A stretch of DNA of 58,346 nucleotides from an uncultured virus (IMG/VR IMGVR_UViG_3300044639_001309) (lineage: Duplodnaviria; Heunggongvirae; Uroviricota; Caudoviricetes), in the IMG/VR virus record IMGVR_UViG_3300044639_001309, positions 62,001 to 120,346 of that record; one strand, given 5' to 3'. The notes under the pieces were generated by a model. It had not been told where the DNA came from and searched no databases. It worked only from the letters and a program-made list of their open reading frames with translations. The translations under genes and the position numbers were made by a program. Every line of letters starts with the position of its first letter. Position 1 is the first letter of the stretch. Below are positions 55,493 to 58,346 of the stretch, piece after piece.

Positions 55493-57061
55493 TTACATCA
55501 TTGTCATAACAAACGGCAGCGGTTCGATTACCACGTCCTGGTGATCGCGCATTTGATCATCAAGATTCTGGTGATAACTCTGCAATAACTGCATCATTCT
55601 AACCACCAGCAAGGTTGACATCACTAGATCGTCTGTTTCTCCCAGTTTTGCCGCATAGCTTGCGCCCGACGCAACAAAGTTTTTAAGTTCGCTGATCAGG
55701 CTTTTACTGTTGATTTTCATGCGCTTTGATTCAACCAGATGTTTTAACTTGGCGCAAGCAGATAGCTTTGACTTGTTGGTTGTGTTAAATCCTTTACGGA
55801 ATCTACGACTAACACTAACTCCAGGTTCACTAAGGAAATAGCCTTGTATGTTTTCTTCTCCGTATTCAGCAATAGAAATTAGTGCGGCTTCTCCAATGGT
55901 GTTATTTTCTACTGAAAAATATATACTTTTTGGATCTCGCACAGTTTCGTTAATGTGTCGAATAATATCAGCTAGTATTCTAACCTGTCCAGGAATGTCA
56001 GTTTTATTATGTCTCCACTCTCCAACCTGTAGTGTAGAGTTTGCATCAAATATCTGAATTGCCGCTGGATCACCGCCGGTGCCCAGACTAGGATCAAGTG
56101 CAACAACATAGATTTTTTCAGGATCTATTCGTTGATACCATCTGACTTCACCAGTTTTATAAACTGGGTCTACACCTTGTAAGTCAATTAATGTGGTTGG
56201 GGCAATCAGCGTTTCATCATTGATGATGAATTCACAATCCATTTCACGTCGGAAACGATCTGACCCTAAGGCCGCACGTTGTTGTGTTGCCCAAGATTCG
56301 TCACGGTCAGGATGCTCATTCCAGAAGCTACGATAGGCTTTGAAGCCATTGACACCAATTTCAGTAGGATTACCAAATTCGTCTTCACAACGATTGGCGC
56401 CTTTCCATAACAGAGCAAACTGGTCTTCGTCACTGTTGGGAGTACTTGTGATAATTGCTTTACCACCAGTGGCCAGTGTGGGACTGATAGAAGTCCAAAA
56501 CTCTGTGGCAATTGTGGGTCGAACAAATGCAAATTCGTCTGCGTATAGTAATGATATACTCATACCACGACCGGTATTTTCTGTGGTTGTTGCCGACACT
56601 ATACGTGAGCCGTTGTCAAATTCCAAACTACCTTTGTTGTAGCTGGTGACACCAGCACGAATATGATCAGGTACTGATTCATAGGCGTACCTCACACGTT
56701 GCATGATCTCTTGTGCGCCTGTGTATTTGTGTGCCGCAACTAATATGGTTGAATCAGGTACAAACATTGCGTACCAGAGTAGATAGCCTGCGGCTGATGT
56801 TGACTTACCAGTTTGTCGAGGCATTAAACTAATGCTGTATCGATAATTATGATAAGTGTGAATTAGCCTGCGTTGATATTCAAATGGATGATACAACATT
56901 CGACCTTGGGTAGGGTGTTGTATGTAGAAAAAGTGGTCCATAAAATAAAGTGGACCACTAGCAGGATCGGCACAGGCAATGAATTCATCAAGCTGTTGCT
57001 CGGTATAGTTAACACGTAGATGGGGTGGCTTGATTAAAACGCCTTCTAAAGACTTACTCAT
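55493..57061 (-). CDS. terL: terminase large subunit (T4 gp17-like)
   Basis: PRQTGKS, YADEFAF, TSTPN, ALDPS.G, TDDLVMS. Confidence 0.96.
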   Translation of the reverse strand: MSKSLEGVLIKPPHLRVNYTEQQLDEFIACADPASGPLYFMDHFFYIQHPTQGRMLYHPFEYQRRLIHTYHNYRYSISLMPRQTGKSTSAAGYLLWYAMFVPDSTILVAAHKYTGAQEIMQRVRYAYESVPDHIRAGVTSYNKGSLEFDNGSRIVSATTTENTGRGMSISLLYADEFAFVRPTIATEFWTSISPTLATGGKAIITSTPNSDEDQFALLWKGANRCEDEFGNPTEIGVNGFKAYRSFWNEHPDRDESWATQQRAALGSDRFRREMDCEFIINDETLIAPTTLIDLQGVDPVYKTGEVRWYQRIDPEKIYVVALDPSLGTGGDPAAIQIFDANSTLQVGEWRHNKTDIPGQVRILADIIRHINETVRDPKSIYFSVENNTIGEAALISIAEYGEENIQGYFLSEPGVSVSRRFRKGFNTTNKSKLSACAKLKHLVESKRMKINSKSLISELKNFVASGASYAAKLGETDDLVMSTLLVVRMMQLLQSYHQNLDDQMRDHQDVVIEPLPFVMTMM

Positions 57062-57099
57062 ATCAATATATATGGTAAAAAGGCAGTTGAGCCAGAGTT

Positions 57100-57537
57100 T
57101 TAATTACACCAACTAGTTTTGGCTTCGCCGTAGTATTCACGTGCAAAACCATTGGCAATCAATTGCTGACGTAGACTGACACCGTTTAGTATGACATCGC
57201 CCAGCACACGGCCGCCATACTTGTCCCAGTCCATAAGCACAATCTGTCGCTTTTGGCTGTTGGCAATCATTTGTTTAGTAAACGCCGAAGCTGCCTCACC
57301 ACGTTGAGCTTCACTAGGACACATGGCTCTATGTCCTTTTTCAGGAGTATCAACTCCAAACACACGAATACTGAGTTCCTGTTTGAGTGGTGCAGGTAAC
57401 CAGGTGGCCTGAATACCCACTGTGTCGCCGTCTATGACTCTGGTGATCACAGCATCATAAACAACACCAGGTTTTTGTTTGGGTTGTGCAAAGGCCAAGC
57501 ATGGCACAATGAGTAAGAGAGTTAAGAGTTTTTTCAT
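57100..57537 (-). CDS. thermonuclease (SNase-like) with signal peptide
   Basis: RVIDGDT, IRVFGVDTPE, DKYGGRVLG, L..NGFA; N-terminal MKKLLTLLLIVPCLAFA. Confidence 0.9.
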   Translation of the reverse strand: MKKLLTLLLIVPCLAFAQPKQKPGVVYDAVITRVIDGDTVGIQATWLPAPLKQELSIRVFGVDTPEKGHRAMCPSEAQRGEAASAFTKQMIANSQKRQIVLMDWDKYGGRVLGDVILNGVSLRQQLIANGFAREYYGEAKTSWCN

Positions 57538-57541
57538 AATT

Positions 57542-58345
57542 TTAGTTAGTTAGTTCTTCCCAGCCCATTTTCCAAAGCAGGTCAGCGTTGGCGGCTGTGT
57601 AGGCCACTGCTAGAGTCAAGGTGCTGGGTGTTCCAGCCGCTGTTCTCCATAATTGAATTCGTTTTTTAACATCATCGCCAATTTCTACTTCGTCTCGGCT
57701 GCTGGTCAGACCAGAATAGACCACGGTGCCATCTGTGATCACATTGCTGTGTATGGCTGTTTGTACCACTGATCCAGCAACATTACTCCAGCTGGTTGTA
57801 AAGGTGGCATTTTCAATCAGTTGGAACTGGCCGTATCTAACATCAATTAACAGAAGATCCAATTGCGCTGGCACAACTACTGCGTCAGGATAAGCCGGAT
57901 TCAATCGGATACTGCACAAGGCTGTGACGGTGTTGGCCGAACTGACTCGAGTTGGAACTGTGTTGTTGGTTACATAACCTATTTTGGTAGAGGGTGTATA
58001 ACCGCCTTCGCTTATCACCGTGCTACAAATTTGTTTCATGGTACTGGCGCCTGAGGTAGCACCAGTGTTGGTTATTTCATAGCGTGGATTTAGTGTGGCA
58101 GTGGTCATGTACACCGTGGTGTTGCCCGGCTGATTGGCATGTTGGAATGTGTGACACACAATGAATTCACCGTTAATAACAAATCCTGCTCTTACATTAC
58201 CTACACCTAACCATTCAACATCATTCCAAAAGATTTGTGTTAATGTTGGATCTAATGTTATACCACTTGATCCAGCACCATTTAAGGTATCTCCATTCCA
58301 ACTTGCTTGAGCAATTCGTTCTTCAACCACTACACCAGTTGTGCT
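57542..58345 (-). CDS. putative virion structural protein (5' end beyond window)
   Basis: Frame open to the window edge; EWLGVG.VR.GF, ICSTVISEGG; beta-rich. Confidence 0.7.
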   Translation of the reverse strand, partial: STTGVVVEERIAQASWNGDTLNGAGSSGITLDPTLTQIFWNDVEWLGVGNVRAGFVINGEFIVCHTFQHANQPGNTTVYMTTATLNPRYEITNTGATSGASTMKQICSTVISEGGYTPSTKIGYVTNNTVPTRVSSANTVTALCSIRLNPAYPDAVVVPAQLDLLLIDVRYGQFQLIENATFTTSWSNVAGSVVQTAIHSNVITDGTVVYSGLTSSRDEVEIGDDVKKRIQLWRTAAGTPSTLTLAVAYTAANADLLWKMGWEELTN

Positions 58346-58346
58346 A

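Noticed and set aside
1..58346. Alternative genetic code; tRNA or rRNA genes
   Set aside because: Genes are full length in the standard code. TAG stops seemed rare among those checked, but no in-frame read-through is needed. No cloverleaf or rRNA signature was noticed in the short intergenic gaps (tRNAscan not run).

Overview
This 58 kb window is part of a large T4-like (myovirus-type) dsDNA phage genome, coded mostly on the minus strand. The host is probably a Proteobacterium, inferred from IscU and class Ia NrdAB. It carries replication and recombination genes (ATP-dependent ligase, NrdAB with glutaredoxin, exonuclease, helicase, primase, UvsW/X/Y, gp32-type SSB, a gp62-like protein and a ~200-aa minimal DnaE-type polymerase). 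It also carries virion and packaging genes (PAAR, beta-helix tail protein, Glu-punctuated head-associated proteins, TerL), Fe-S assembly genes (IscU, IscA) and a large set of modification enzymes (glycosyl-, methyl-, formyl- and sulfotransferase-like proteins, Gmd, radical SAM, 2OG-Fe(II) oxygenase). Two promoter classes are visible: sigma70 TTGAC-N17-TATAAT (early) and TAAATA (late, often apparently leaderless). The best candidate for a new system is a hairpin in the 3' UTR of an early AAA ATPase gene (34195-34230). Its loop is the exact antisense of the consensus extended ribosome-binding site (AGGAGCUAGA) of three early-promoter genes, which suggests a phage sRNA that shuts off early translation. 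Other strong leads are the mini-DnaE, a possibly virion-packaged nucleotidyltransferase/ligase-like fusion, and leaderless cassettes of modification genes. All calls come from motif reading only; no database searches were run.
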